From Eledone cirrhosa (Eukaryota): a stretch of 64,000 nt of DNA. Below the pieces are notes generated by a model. That model was not told the DNA's origin and ran no database searches. It saw only the letters and a list, made by a program, of their open reading frames with translations. Shown piece after piece: positions 33,320-47,812 of this stretch. Positions within the stretch are counted from its first letter, which is position 1. Each line of letters starts with the position of its first letter. The DNA lies in the NCBI GenBank assembly GCA_964016885.1, contig OZ024743.1:274598001-274662000 (forward strand). The letters are read 5' to 3'. The translations under genes were made by a program, and so were the position numbers.

Positions 33320-34661
33320 AATTATACTGTGTTGTTTATTATACATTAGATATTTAGTTCTGTTACTTACATAGATCACTCTTCATTCCTTTTACTTTTT
33401 CCACGGAAACTTCAACACACATATATATATACACACACACATATACATATCGGTATGTATATATATACACATATATATATATTTATATACGTACATATAT
33501 GTATCTGTATATGTATATATATATGTATACATATATGTATATGTATATTTATATATGTATACATATATGTATATGTATATGTATATATATATATGTATAC
33601 ATATATGTATATGTATATATGTATACATATATGTATATGTATATATGTATACATATATGTATATGTATATGTATATATGTATACATATATGTATATGTAT
33701 ATGTATATATATATATGTGTGTATACATATGTATATATATATGTATACATATATATATATATATATATATGTATACATATATATGTATATATATATGTAT
33801 ACATATGCATATATATATGTATGCATATGTATATATATATATTTATACATATGTATATATATATATATGTATATATATATGTATACATATATATGTATAT
33901 ATATATGTATACATATGTATATATATATGTATACATATGTATATATATATATTTATACATATGTATATATATATGTATGTATATATATATTAATGTATTT
34001 CATATGTAACCCATTTGCAGCGCCGCAGCTCCATTATTATCATATTTACACATATATTTTTTCCTCCGCTGCCACCAGTCTGTTTCGTTCTTTGTGTCTT
34101 TACCCTTTCTAGCAGTCTCTCTCTCTCTGTTAGCCTCTTCCTCAACTTTCACTCACTCACTCTCTGTCACTACCTCTCCTCCTCCCCTTTCTTCCCGTTT
34201 CACCTGTCCATAATCCTTTTCTCGCGGGCACTTGGCCAAGCCGGTATGAATTTTTTTTCTCTCTCTCTCGTCTGCAACTTCACAGAACTTATGTTTGCCG
34301 AATTCGCAGACCAGACCCCTTCTTCCTCCCGTTAGACCTGTGCGAAATTCCTTCCTTGCTCACATTTCAACCAGGTTTGATGGTCTTTATTCTCTCGTTC
34401 ACGATTCTACCGAATTTATATTCATAGAAATCTGGGACTTGTCTCTTTCTCCATCACTTTCTGTTGCTTAAACCATTTTGTTCGTTTACCCTAGCGTCCC
34501 CCTTATTTACGTGTCCCAACGACTTTTTTTTAGCCGTTGCTCGCACCAACCTCAGGTATATGGCCTCTAATGCGACGAAATGCCTACGACGGTTGAAAGG
34601 CCACTGATGAGGACAAACTTGTTCATATGTAACCCATTTGCAGCGCCGCAGCTCTATTATT

Positions 34662-34717
<56 letters not shown>

Positions 34718-34949
34718 ATTATATATAACACACACACACACATATATATATACAATATATACACACACATATACATATATGTATGTATATATACACATAC
34801 ATATATATATATTTATGTACATACATATATATGCATATACATATATATATTTATATACATACATTCATATGCATATATATAAAATATATATATAGAATAT
34901 ATATATATATATATATAGAATAATGTGAAGAACGCAACGCAAGAAAGCT

Positions 34950-35260
34950 ATTAAAACGACGAGTGTTCCAGTTGATCCAATCAACGGAACAGCCTGCACG
35001 TGAAATTAACGTGCAAATGGCTGAGCATTCCACAGACACGTGTACCCTCAACGTAATTTTCAGGGAGTTTCAGCATGACACAGAATGTGACAAGTCGGGT
35101 CCTTCGAATTACAGGTACAACTCATTTTTGTCAGCTTAGTGGACTTGAGCAATGTGAAATAAAGTAACATACTCAAGGACAGAACGCGATGCCGTGAATC
35201 GAACCCACGACCTTACGATTTTCAGTCCGAATACCCTAACCACAAAGCCACGCGCTTTCA
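34950..35260 (-). mobile_element. tRNA/CORE-type SINE
   Basis: Minus head gcgcgtggctttgtggttaggg..gggttcgattc; similar to 6935-7210. Confidence 0.8.
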
Positions 35261-35676
35261 CTCAACAAAACATTACCAATACTGAAAACACAACACTGTC
35301 CATCATAATTGACTAGTGTTAGTGGAAATACATAACCAAGCAAGTACATCACCTATCCACAGTGATTAGATAGAAAGATACGGCGTTTACGATCCCACCA
35401 TTTTGTTTAGACATCTTTCGTAAATTGACAGAAAGAAGGGATTTTTTTAAGCAGCTGACTCAAAGATAAATTACTTGAAGGAAAAAAAATGAATTAAAAA
35501 TAAAAGATCTTCCCCACTAAATTAAACAGCTATCACTTCATTCTTTTATGAAGAAAATTACATTGATTTCCGTGCAAATATTTGATTAAAATTTAACGCG
35601 TTAAATATTGTCTGGGAAAGTTAACATGGCGAGTATGTTGTTCAATGGAAGGTCAATACAAGTATTTTCTCTAAGA

Positions 35677-35732
<56 letters not shown>

Positions 35733-35984
35733 CTGCGATGGACTATATATATATATATATTACTCTCTCTCCCTCTTTCTCTCTCTCTCTTTCTCTCTCT
35801 TTTTCCTATTATTCTGTCACCCCTCCCATATCTTTGTCTCTGTCCGACTATTTATTATTAGGATTCTCCATGTCTCTGGCCATGTCTGACACATCCTACA
35901 GTGATTTCTCCCTGTCTGTCTTTATGTCAGTTCGTCTGGGATAGATAGATAGATAGATGCATACATAGACAGATAGATAGATAA

Positions 35985-36900
35985 ATATGTTTCTTTATTT
36001 GCCACAAGGGCACACAAAAATGGGATATTACAAGACGTGACAGCGGGGTTTGACATAAAAATTGTGTAAACTTTAGCATTAGATGGATGGATAGATAGAT
36101 AGATAGATAGATTTCTTTATTAGCCACGAGGGCACAAAAGAAGGGGACAAATACAAATGGGGAGTTTACATACAGGTATATGAAAATAAAACTATTAATA
36201 AAACAACAAATAACAATTGAAATCCCCAATAGGGGGGAGGCGTTTCACAGGGGTTGTACACACTCCGAAAAAAATGTACAACCCTCATCTCTAGGAGCAC
36301 CAAGAGTGAGTACTCCCTTCCTCTCTTCCTCTTTTTCCTCAACCTACAGGCTTATATAGAGAGAAGGCCCAACCGCTCGGGCCATCTTTGCCACATTCAC
36401 CCACCTTTTACAAAATTTGCTGGGGTACAGCACCTCTCTCTCCGTCCTGATCCTTCTGACAAAATGATATTTGAAAAAACGAATCAATTGCTCGCCGGAG
36501 AGAAAGGTGTCTGACCTCAGCCCTTTTAACCTCGTCAACCATATAACCTCTTTCACCATAGCCATAACACATAGGAAAACCGCCTCTCCTTCGTTTTTGA
36601 AGGAGGGTGGCGGTTTGATCATGACAATGGACTCGGTGGTCAACTGGATTGGTCCCACCCGCGACAATAGTCGTTCTACATAGCCCCACAGGTCGGTAAC
36701 GCCCGGGCAGTGTACAAATGCGTGCGCGATGGTTTCCTCGTCGCGCACGCATCTCGGGCAGATCTTTTTCGAAGGGTCCCTGCCGGGCACCCGTGTCTGT
36801 AGAGCTTGTCTCGAACTGGTAGAGCTCCTCGGTAGCACTGCCAGGCCAGGGACGTTTGGAAGTTGTCCATCGGTCCCGGGCAGAAGGTCCTACCGAACAG
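35985..36900 (-). mobile_element. Tx1/L1-clade LINE 3' fragment(s) embedded in (GATA)n
   Basis: [32 protein letters not shown] zinc-knuckle (zf-RVT-like); 3' end aataaagaaa then (TCTA)n at ~36112; second tail at 35985-36080. Confidence 0.85.
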
Positions 36901-36944
36901 ACTAGATAGATAGATAGACAGATAGATAGATAGACAAATAGATG

Positions 36945-36978
<34 letters not shown>

Positions 36979-36999
36979 TAGATAGATAGATAGATAGAC

Positions 37000-37052
<53 letters not shown>

Positions 37053-37079
37053 TGTTTCTCCAAACAGATGGTTAGATAT

Positions 37080-37145
<66 letters not shown>

Positions 37146-37370
37146 TTCTCTTTCTTTTACCATAGTTTTGTTTCTATACCACCTCTTTCCATTTTATTTT
37201 ATATTTTATCGCTTCTCCCACCACCACTATCGTACAATATATTTAAATCTTTCCTTTACTCTACCTCTCCTTTTGCTTTTTATTATCTCCCCTACTTCTA
37301 CCTCTTTATTTCTCTCCTCAGATTATTCGCCCCCTCTTTAGATACTTTCTGTCCCCTACCCCCTCTCTGA

Positions 37371-37402
<32 letters not shown>

Positions 37403-38524
37403 CTCTCTATCTCTCTATCTCTCTCAACACATTTCAACAACTGTCTCACCAACCCTTACACTGACCGATTTCAATGAATCTAAAATTGTAAATTCCAAAT
37501 ACAGTTTCGTGTCCAAACATTGTTTTTTTTTTTATGTAGGAGAGTAGACAGAGAATTGAGACGAACAAAAGTCGCCGAACGAAAAGCTATAAAAACAAAT
37601 ATAAAGATTTTCAGTGATGTCGTCATCATGGTTGAAAACAAGAACAACAAAAATTACATTAACCTCAACAACAGTAAACATGAACATCGGTAAGAGCAAA
37701 TAACAGCAGCTACTACTACTACTGCTACTACTACTACTACTACCACCACTATTATTACTACTACTGCTGCTACTACTACCGCTGCTACTGCTGCTACTAC
37801 GACTGCTGCTGCTGCTGCTACTACTACTACAATTACTATTGTTATAACTGCTGATGCTGCTACTACTGCTGCAGCTACTACTATTACTACTACTGCTGCT
37901 GCTGCTAGTGACGCTGTTGTTGCTGTTATAATATGAAACAAAACAAAAGCAGAAATTTTGGTGAAAAGTGTTAGTCGATTATATTTTACCCTAGTACATC
38001 ACTGGTACTTTTATCGAACCCTGAAGTATGAAAGGCAACGTTGATCTTGATGGGATTTGAAATCAACATGTGAAGAGCCGGAACTTATACTACAAAGCAG
38101 TTTTTGTGGCCCTTTAACGATTCTTCCAATCCGCCCCTCTTAAATATTTTGCTACTAAAGGGCTTAAAACCAACCCTGGTTCAACGACACAATTTTGTTT
38201 TTTTTTGTTTTAAAGAGTTCGTATTTACCTAAAAACCTTCCATCATAATTTTATGTAATAATTAATCTTTGTTATGACCCAAACGCCAGATTATTTTCAA
38301 AATTATTTGATTTGAATATCTTATGCGGTGACATTCATTAGAAATATGATAAAGAAAAGGTTAGAAAATATTATCAATCTTAATTATCACAATTTCAGGG
38401 TGCATTATTGCGCACAAGCATGGTGGTACGGTTAATTCGCTTAACGACACACCCATGTAACAAGAGAAATTTGCTATCTCTAAGATAGCAAGTTCGCACT
38501 AGTGTATATAGAAATCTCTCTCTC

Positions 38525-38564
<40 letters not shown>

Positions 38565-39379
38565 AATATAGATATATGCATAATGTGTATGTGAGTGTGT
38601 TTCCTTTTATATCTACATGTATAAGTAAACAGGAGATATGAACACACACACATTCACAGGCAAGGACACATACACACATACAGGCGGAAAGGGAGTACTT
38701 GAGAGCATTATTACCCAAAAAGGTCTTGACATAAACGCACGAGAGTTTAAGTACGAGGTCAGTTGAAATCTGTCTATTATTGCATGAGGTCACTCACTGG
38801 CTTTTATATAAACTAGCCCATTCCACTCTAATAAATAAATAAATAAATAATGTGTTATATCAGACATAACTGGTCGATTCTTTTGTCTGCGATCAGTGAA
38901 CAGAGCTACCTTTGTTAGACGTTTTAAGACATACTAAAACATTAAGTTTATCGCACACAATAGCTTTGCAAAATTTTAATGGCTTTACACACACGCCGCC
39001 AAAAACAGAAAACACATAGTATTAGTAGATGATGATGATGATGATGGGTGAGATGATGGTGGCTGTGGTCGTGGTGATGGAGATGGTGGCGACGATGACG
39101 GTGACGATGACGACAACGAAGTTGACGATAGTGACGCCGCCGTTGATGATGATAATAGTGATGATGGTGGTGGTGGTGGTGGTGCGATGGTGGTGCTGGT
39201 GCTGGTGCTGCTGGTTGGTTAGGTAATGATGATTATCATGATGATAAGGGGAAATATATCAATTATAATGTATTTTTATCGTTATTGTACGATGCCCGTG
39301 GCCTTACGATCATAATGTTGAGAGTCGACTTAATCCACTTTCCCTTCCACCAAAATTGTTGGCCTTGTGCCTAAAACAG

Positions 39380-39955
39380 AAACTACTATTACTAGTCTGG
39401 ACGGTGGTAAAGGAGAATTGGTAAAGCCACACGTAAAATACCTTGCAGGATTTAATCACGCCCTCTAGGTTCTAAGTTCAAATCTTTCCAGAGTCAACGT
39501 TGCCTTACATACTTCCAAGTTCAACACTGTAAATACGGCAAATACTCAGTCATTAAAACTGAGGACAACATACCTTTTGGTACTTGTTCCGACTGTCTGC
39601 AATCTGTGTTTAAATTCTACCGGTGTCAAATTTGTCAACTTTGTCAACTTTATCAGCTGTTTGCACATTTCCCACCCAGAAACAAATTTGTGGCTGAGTG
39701 CCAATATTTAAAATCCTTACTAGAATTAGCTAAGGGTGATGGGTTGGCAATATTGGAAGAGCATCGGACACCCTGCTTCGTGACATAGAGTTGCGGCCCT
39801 TTACGTTCAGGGTTCAAATTCCGCCGAGGTGTCTTTTGCCTTTAATCCTTACGGTGTCGAAAAAAATGTACAGTAACGCACTGGGGTCGATTTAATCGAC
39901 TTTCCTCTCCCAAACTATTACTAGGCTTGTGCCTAGATCAGAAACCATTATTAGA
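39380..39955 (+). mobile_element. Cluster of diverged SINEs
   Basis: ggttcaaattccgccgagg..tttgcctttaatccttacgg core at 39810-39950; older copy at 39400-39560. Confidence 0.7.
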
Positions 39956-40263
39956 ATTAGCTAACAAGGAAGCATCTACGCGCTCGGTAAATCTGTTAGA
40001 AATAGAAGCCAAAGTTTTTCATGTTGTACATATTAACTTTTAAAAAAAATGAAAGGACTCATTGGATAATGTAGTTCGATGTACACAGTGCATGAAAACA
40101 AGAGGAGATCCTCGCGGCTGACACGCCTCTGATCACAAGTATGCTCGATTAGTTGGGATGAACAACGACAGTAATAGTTATTTATTTCTATTGTAGCTTT
40201 AAGTAGAATGCCAGGAAAGTTGGGGGTTAAGTAAAGTTGAATATATTAATCCCAATACTTGAT

Positions 40264-41266
40264 TGGTACTATATTTCATCGACTTCAGAAGGATGAAAGG
40301 ATAAGTTGACCTGGTACTATATTTCATCGACTTCAGAAGGATGAAAGGATAAGTTGACCTGGTACTATATTTCATCGACTTCAGAAGGATGAAAGGATAA
40401 GTTGACCTGGTACTATATTTCATCGACTTCAGAAGGATGAAAGGATAAGTTGACCTGGTACTATATTTCATCGACTTCAGAAGGATGAAAGGATAAGTTG
40501 ACCTGGTACTATATTTCATCGACTTCAGAAGGATGAAAGGATAAGTTGACCTGGTACTATATTTCATCGACTTCAGAAGGATGAAAGGATAAGTTGACCT
40601 GGTACTATATTTCATCGACTTCAGAAGGATGAAAGGATAAGTTGACCTGGTACTATATTTCATCGACTTCAGAAGGATGAAAGGATAAGTTGACCTGGTA
40701 CTATATTTCATCGACTTCAGAAGGATGAAAGGATAAGTTGACCTGGTACTATATTTCATCGACTTCAGAAGGATGAAAGGATAAGTTGACCTGGTACTAT
40801 ATTTCATCGACTTCAGAAGGATGAAAGGATAAGTTGACCTGGTACTATATTTCATCGACTTCAGAAGGATGAAAGGATAAGTTGACCTGGTACTATATTT
40901 CATCGACTTCAGAAGGATGAAAGGATAAGTTGACCTGGTACTATATTTCATCGACTTCAGAAGGATGAAAGGATAAGTTGACCTGGTACTATATTTCATC
41001 GACTTCAGAAGGATGAAAGGATAAGTTGACCTGGTACTATATTTCATCGACTTCAGAAGGATGAAAGGATAAGTTGACCTGGTACTATATTTCATCGACT
41101 TCAGAAGGATGAAAGGATAAGTTGACCTGGTACTATATTTCATCGACTTCAGAAGGATGAAAGGATAAGTTGACCTGGTACTATATTTCATCGACTTCAG
41201 AAGGATGAAAGGATAAGTTGACCTGGTACTATATTTCATCGACTTCAGAAGGATGATAAGTTGACC
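40264..41266. repeat. 48-bp tandem repeat (20 identical units plus one 43-bp unit) inside a SINE
   Basis: Unit tggtactatatttcatcgacttcagaaggatgaaaggataagttgacc; flanks continue as the SINE (..tcggtgggatttgaactcagaa). Confidence 0.97.
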
Positions 41267-41369
41267 TCGGTGGGATTTGAACTCAGAATGTAAAGAGCCA
41301 GAACAAATACCGCAATTGCATTTTATCTGACGCTGCAATAATTCTTAACACGATGGAGGACGGTAAATA

Positions 41370-41780
41370 GACAGAAATATTACTATGTCGGACAAGATAC
41401 TGCAACATTTAGTTACGTTCTGGGTTCAAATCCCACCGAGATTAACTTTGCCCGTCATCTTTCCGCGGGCGATAACGTAATGTACCAGTAAAATACTAGG
41501 GTATCATTATCGATTTCTCCTTCAGCCAAATTTGTTGGCTTTGTGCCTAAATTGGAAATTCTTATTAACACTATGGGATGGTGGGTAAATTGGCGATAAG
41601 TTACTAGAGTGTCTTTGTCGTATTTAGTTACGGGGTTCAAGTCTCGCCGACGACAAATTATACTTTCCTCCTTCCGTGGTCAATAAAATAATGTACCTGA
41701 CAAATACTGGGTTCGGATTAATCGACTTTCTCCTCCCCAGAAATTGCTGGCCTTATGCCTAAAATTAGAAACTATTATTA
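41370..41780 (+). mobile_element. Two tandem SINE copies
   Basis: gggttcaaatcccaccgag and ggggttcaagtctcgccg heads with ggccttatgcctaaa-type 3' ends. Confidence 0.7.
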
Positions 41781-42222
41781 GCAATAGGGCGTTGCCGGTA
41801 CTTGGTCTTAGGATTCACAAGATTGAGTTTCCAGGCTGTGATGTCACTTATTTCGCCTTTGGACACTCCTTTAACTGTAGTTCTTTCTTTTTTTCTTTCT
41901 TCTGTTGCCTTTTTAATGTCAAGATATAATTTCTTATGTAGGAATGCGGCCACAAGATTAAAGGAGAGGTTATAGTTATTTATTACGACCTCAGTACTTG
42001 ACTAATGCTATATTTAATAGACGCTGGAAGGATTTGAACTCAGAACATGGTATGCCGACAATTTCAAACTAGCCATAGTATATACGTCTGTGCCTTTGTT
42101 CATGTACAATTATGTGTGGATTGTGTTTCTACTGAGAGAAAGACCCCAATCTAAGTTTGTCTATTTATCTGTCAATTTATCAATATTTTCTGATCTGTAT
42201 ATGTTCGCGGCTGCATACATAA

Positions 42223-42335
<113 letters not shown>

Positions 42336-42478
42336 AAGGATCGACAGCGAGCTCGGGTGGTTTCGACTAGTTACCTCTTCGGTAAGAGGTAACTTCCACT
42401 AACATACCCACTCTGTATCATACCATGTATCGAGAACTTAACTTATATGTGGTCCCTCTACCGAAAACTATCTCTCTC

Positions 42479-42515
<37 letters not shown>

Positions 42516-42566
42516 AGTACAGATGTGTCTTTGAAAATAAAGTTTGTTTAAATCTCTCTCTCTCTC

Positions 42567-42635
<69 letters not shown>

Positions 42636-42754
42636 AACACGGTCAGTATCCAGAACACTGGTGCTGTATGACACATCAAACGACAAAGAAGGAAAGAGAA
42701 AGAAAAACGTGACAGAGAAAAGAAATATGTCGAATTCAAGAACATAGTGGGTAA

Positions 42755-42819
<65 letters not shown>

Positions 42820-43524
42820 TTCATACATATATACACAAATACGTATATTCATTTATACATACATATATAAATACACAGACACATAGACAGACAGACATAC
42901 AGACAGACGGATACACACACACACACATATATATATGAGCGTGTGTATACATAAATACATATTTACATATTTTTATACATACATATAAACATACATACAT
43001 ACGGCGACAGAAAAGATAAAATAATTAGGACATACGAAAAGGAAGTATAATCTTCACTATAATTCCATTGTACAATAGTTTTTTCCTGTTAATCCTAACA
43101 ACAATACAATGCTAAATATTATGTATGTGTCACAGTTCAGCGCTTTGCCTCTGAACTTTGAAGAGTGCAACCGTTGTTGTTAAACCTGCCATTGTTATTG
43201 TTGTTTGTATTCATGGTGCTTAGTGGCGGTTTTTATTATCGTAATTGTTTATATATATATATATATATACAAGCTTATACAAGCTTCTACATAAATTGGT
43301 ATAATTTCACCCAACTTGTAGAAATCTTAAAGTGAAACGAGACATCCGTCTGGGAAGAGATATATTTGATATATCTCATATGAAATGATACAGCCAATTT
43401 TCCCCACAATACAATTAGTTAGTACGCCGAACGTTTAATTAGGAATATACTCAGGTATTTCCTAATGTTTGTTGAGTGAGTTGCAATTTGGCTGGAGTAT
43501 CGCTATTAGCTTTCTCCGATTATG

Positions 43525-43584
<60 letters not shown>

Positions 43585-43749
43585 CAAAGCTGTCTAAACG
43601 TAATGTTATAACTCTAGGTTTATATACCCTATCGAGTGCTTAGCTGCACACCGAAACTGCATTCGTTAGCTTGGCTGCAACCATGGCTTCGTTGATGCTG
43701 TACTAAATTTTGTATATATATATATATAGATAGATATAGATATATGTAT

Positions 43750-43823
<74 letters not shown>

Positions 43824-44272
43824 GGGGGGGGGGGCGAAAGAGTGGTTATGAGACAGATATATATATATAGATATATATGTGCATTTATGCAGACATACAT
43901 ATCTCTCTCTATATATATACATGTGTGTGTGCATGTGTGAGAGAGAGTGTGTGCGTGTCTGTGTGCCTGTGTATGTGTCTGTGTTTGTAGGTACGTGTTT
44001 ATTTTATATAGAAATGTATTCTACGCGACTAGAACTGTTTCATTTGTGTGAAATCATACAAATGAAACATTTCTATAGAAGTCATTTCTATATGAAATAA
44101 ATATGCCTATACTCTATCAACTTATTGGAGTACCTTTTTCTACTATGTTCACCTCCCGATATCCACCAGGAATCCATCCATATATATATATATATATATA
44201 TATATATCAAATTACAAAATATGCGGAAATAATATACCTAATATACCAAAATATACCTATTTTTTCTTCAAA

Positions 44273-44362
44273 GTCCCGACTGCAGTTTCGCCGATCCGTG
44301 TGCAACTTCTGCATTATAAAAATGCATCATCGTTGTGAGACTAATACGGCTTATCAAGAAAC
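44273..44362 (-). ncRNA. Hammerhead variant with U3-A8 core and extended stem II
   Basis: GTTTC TTGATAA GCCG..CGGC GAAA ctgcag TC GGGAC; palindromic stem III ACTGCAGT; GUC triplet. Confidence 0.72.
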
Positions 44363-44441
44363 CCCTCAGGAAAAGGGACTGTTTCCTTGACGCGTTTGTA
44401 TATATATATATATATACATACACGCACACATATATATATAT

Positions 44442-44612
44442 AGTTCAAGGAGACAACAAACAGATGTACAAAAGGTCTTATTAGTTTCACGCTTTATATG
44501 GAAAAACGAAAATAGTTCAACGTCTCGGGCTCCAGCCCTTCTTCAGGACTGCAAAATTAGAGACAGAGATACAAAGGAGATACAGAAATAAAGAAGTCCA
44601 AGTAAAGAACAA
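44442..44612 (-). mobile_element. pLTR remnant with damaged hammerhead
   Basis: Minus CTGAAGA a gggc tgga gccc GAGA cg at 44521-44546; similar to 14522-14549. Confidence 0.6.
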
Positions 44613-44945
<333 letters not shown>

Positions 44946-46164
44946 TGTGTGTGTGTGTGTGTGTGTGTGTGTATACACGACCGTATGTCAATGAACGAAG
45001 ACGATAAGAGGCGAAACTTCGAAGTCTGAAACTTTTTCATGTAAAAATATACCCTGAATCCTACATTATTGTTTTTCGTTTGTTTGTACTGTGTTTTCAT
45101 GTACGAATATACATTACAAAAAAAAACACATTAATATATAGTTCACACAGAATCCTAGTCTCTTTTTCATACATCATATTTCTCGAAATTCATAACTTGT
45201 TTCTGCTCTTCAAATACTGCAGTTGTTGGTTTTCTGCTGAAGTATTATGGTAATTATCGTTGAAAGGATTGCGGCTAGGTTTTTATTTTCTCCTTGAACT
45301 GTTTCCACTTATATTTTATTGTGTTTAGTTTGTTCTTGTTTTAAGAAAGGCTTATTTATAACCTCACAACCTCTCATACGTTTTTCTCTAAATTTACTAA
45401 GGTGATTATCGCTGTAAGGAATAGTTAATTCTTTCTTAGACACAATCGAGTGTCTTATATTTCTGTCAGATAATCCTCGTATTGAGCTTTAAGGTAGACT
45501 AGAACGGCGGCCCGATAGAAGTTTACCTAACTTTAAGCAGACCGATAAAAATCATGTCTATGTCTGCATAAAACAACGCCGATAAGTCGCAAGAGACTTT
45601 TCTATGAGTGGAAATCAACTTATCGCTTCACGACACCGGAATGCTCGTTGGTTTTATATTGCTTTGACAGCATCTTGTGGCACATATCCTCAGCCATATT
45701 GACTACATCATATTATCTCTATGGTTTCTGTATAGTGCAATGTTCGGATCAGGATACGATTCTCAAATTTTTTCATTTGGACTTTTGTACTGTCATCCTC
45801 TGCTCTTTTTTAGATTTTTGTTGAGAGACAATAAAATTGATGGTCTTCCGTTTAAATGCATCCTAAGTAAAACGCTTTCATTTAAATATCACAAATTTCA
45901 CTGTACTAGTTCTGCATATTCATCCCCCAACACTATACTACAACTCACATATATGCAATCAAAATAACACAATTTTCACAATACATATTTGACACAATAA
46001 ATGAAAGAAACATCGTATACAATACTAAAATCAACAAAGAAAACACCACAACATAGCAAATTAGATGTAACATACAAAACCTTCTCACTCAACCAAAAAG
46101 GACAATGCTGTACACACAACACGAACATGAATATGCTTTAAGTGGTGAAGTAGACATAAAATAA

Positions 46165-46490
46165 TATTGTTTCTAATTTTCACACAAGGAAAGTAAAGTC
46201 GGATATATTGACCCCAGAACTTAACTGGTACTTTATTTTATTGACCTCGGAAGGATGAAAAGCAAAGTTGATATCGGTAGTGATTCTTCTTCGTCTTCTT
46301 CTTCTTCTTGGTCAAGGGGGCAACCGTCACCAAATTGAACTCCCAACGTTACAATCCCACCGAGGTCAACTTTGCCTTTCATCTTTCTGGAGTCGATAAA
46401 TTAAATACCAGTCAAGTACTAGGGTTGATTTCATCAACTTTGTCCTTTCTCCAAATTTGCTGACCTCGTGTCTAAATTAGAAATCAATAA
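46165..46490. mobile_element. Head-to-head SINE fragments
   Basis: 46165-46280 minus and 46355-46490 plus copies of the same core. Confidence 0.7.
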
Positions 46491-47812
46491 TAAATAATAC
46501 TAATAATAATGGTAATAAAACGCAACGTGTAAATTATATGATCTTTATCATGGCATATATCGAAATATCTTACAGTGTACTTTAAATTGAATATTGGCAA
46601 AAAAAATAAATTAAAAACAAAGAAACAAAAAAACACATGGCACGTATTGGGATGAGGGGTAAGTATGATAGTTGGTGATTGTTATAAGTGGTAAGTGTGG
46701 CGATCATTGAGTATAACAAGTGATGAGTGAGGTAAGTTGTCAATGTCAAGACTGGCATGGCTTACAATACCAGTAGCGAGTGATAAGTGTGAGGAAGAGT
46801 AGCTGGTGAGTGTTGTTAGTACCACCACACGATGGTGTGTTAAGTGCGACAATTTCTATAACCAACTGGATCGTAACAACACTACTAAAGTGAAGCCCAC
46901 GCTTCTTTATGTTATATACCTAGAAACGAAGTGGTATTGGACACCACACTTATATATTATTACAGTGCTGCTTTTTTATTGGTTTGATCTGAACCATCGT
47001 TCCAGATGGATGTAATATAAGCATCATTCCAGATGTATGTGTAAGAGAATTATCGTTCCTAATTGGAGCGTTGTTCTATAAAACAGGGGTATTGTCCCAG
47101 ATGTGTGTAGTATCAGTATCATTATGTGTGTAACAGGAGCATCATTCTACATGTGCTTATAACAGGCGCATCGTTCCAGATGTGTGTGCAGTAGATGCAT
47201 CATTCCTGCAAAAGTATCGTTCCTTACGTGGGTGCAATATTCCGATGTGAGTCACACCTGAGCTTTGTAGAGCATTATTTGTTGTTGGGAAATCAAAGAT
47301 TTGTTAGATCCGAGAGCCATTTTATTAAGCGCGTTGTTTGCTTCATTGGTAACGTACGTTCGTCAGAAAGTGACCTTTATCTATGGCAATGTCTAGCATT
47401 CCGACGTAAGGGTTCTAATGACGTGGTGTTAATGTTTAAGAAGGATGAAATACAATGTTTTAAATGGTTGTTGAATTTCTCGAAGTAGTACAGGCCGTGT
47501 GTATGAGTGAGTGCGTGTGTGTGTGTGTGTGTGTGTATGTGTGTGAGTGTGTGTGTATTTCTGCCTGAGCTGTTGCAACATAGCTGTGAGTGAACCACTT
47601 ATTTGGACTTTATATATATATATATATATATTTTATATAATTATATATATATTTATATATATATATATATATATAACCGAATAGTGAATTACAAATACAG
47701 TCTATTCGATGGGCTTCGAAACAGTTCCCTTCAAACCAATTTCACGGGAACTGTTTGGAAGCCTAAGGTCGACCCGAGGACATAGTAAATTGCATTTGTT
47801 CAAAATGCCGCA

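Noticed and set aside
34575-34630. Intact type II hammerhead
   Set aside because: GAAA and CTGATGA are present but the stems could not be paired convincingly.
40199-41338. 379-aa repetitive ORF or CRISPR-like array
   Set aside because: Head-to-tail identical 48-mers with no spacers, derived from a SINE; the ORF is open only because 48 is divisible by 3.
47010-47230. Diverged ~30-bp tandem repeat (similarly 1-510)
   Set aside because: Old degenerate minisatellite with no spacer, coding or structural signal.
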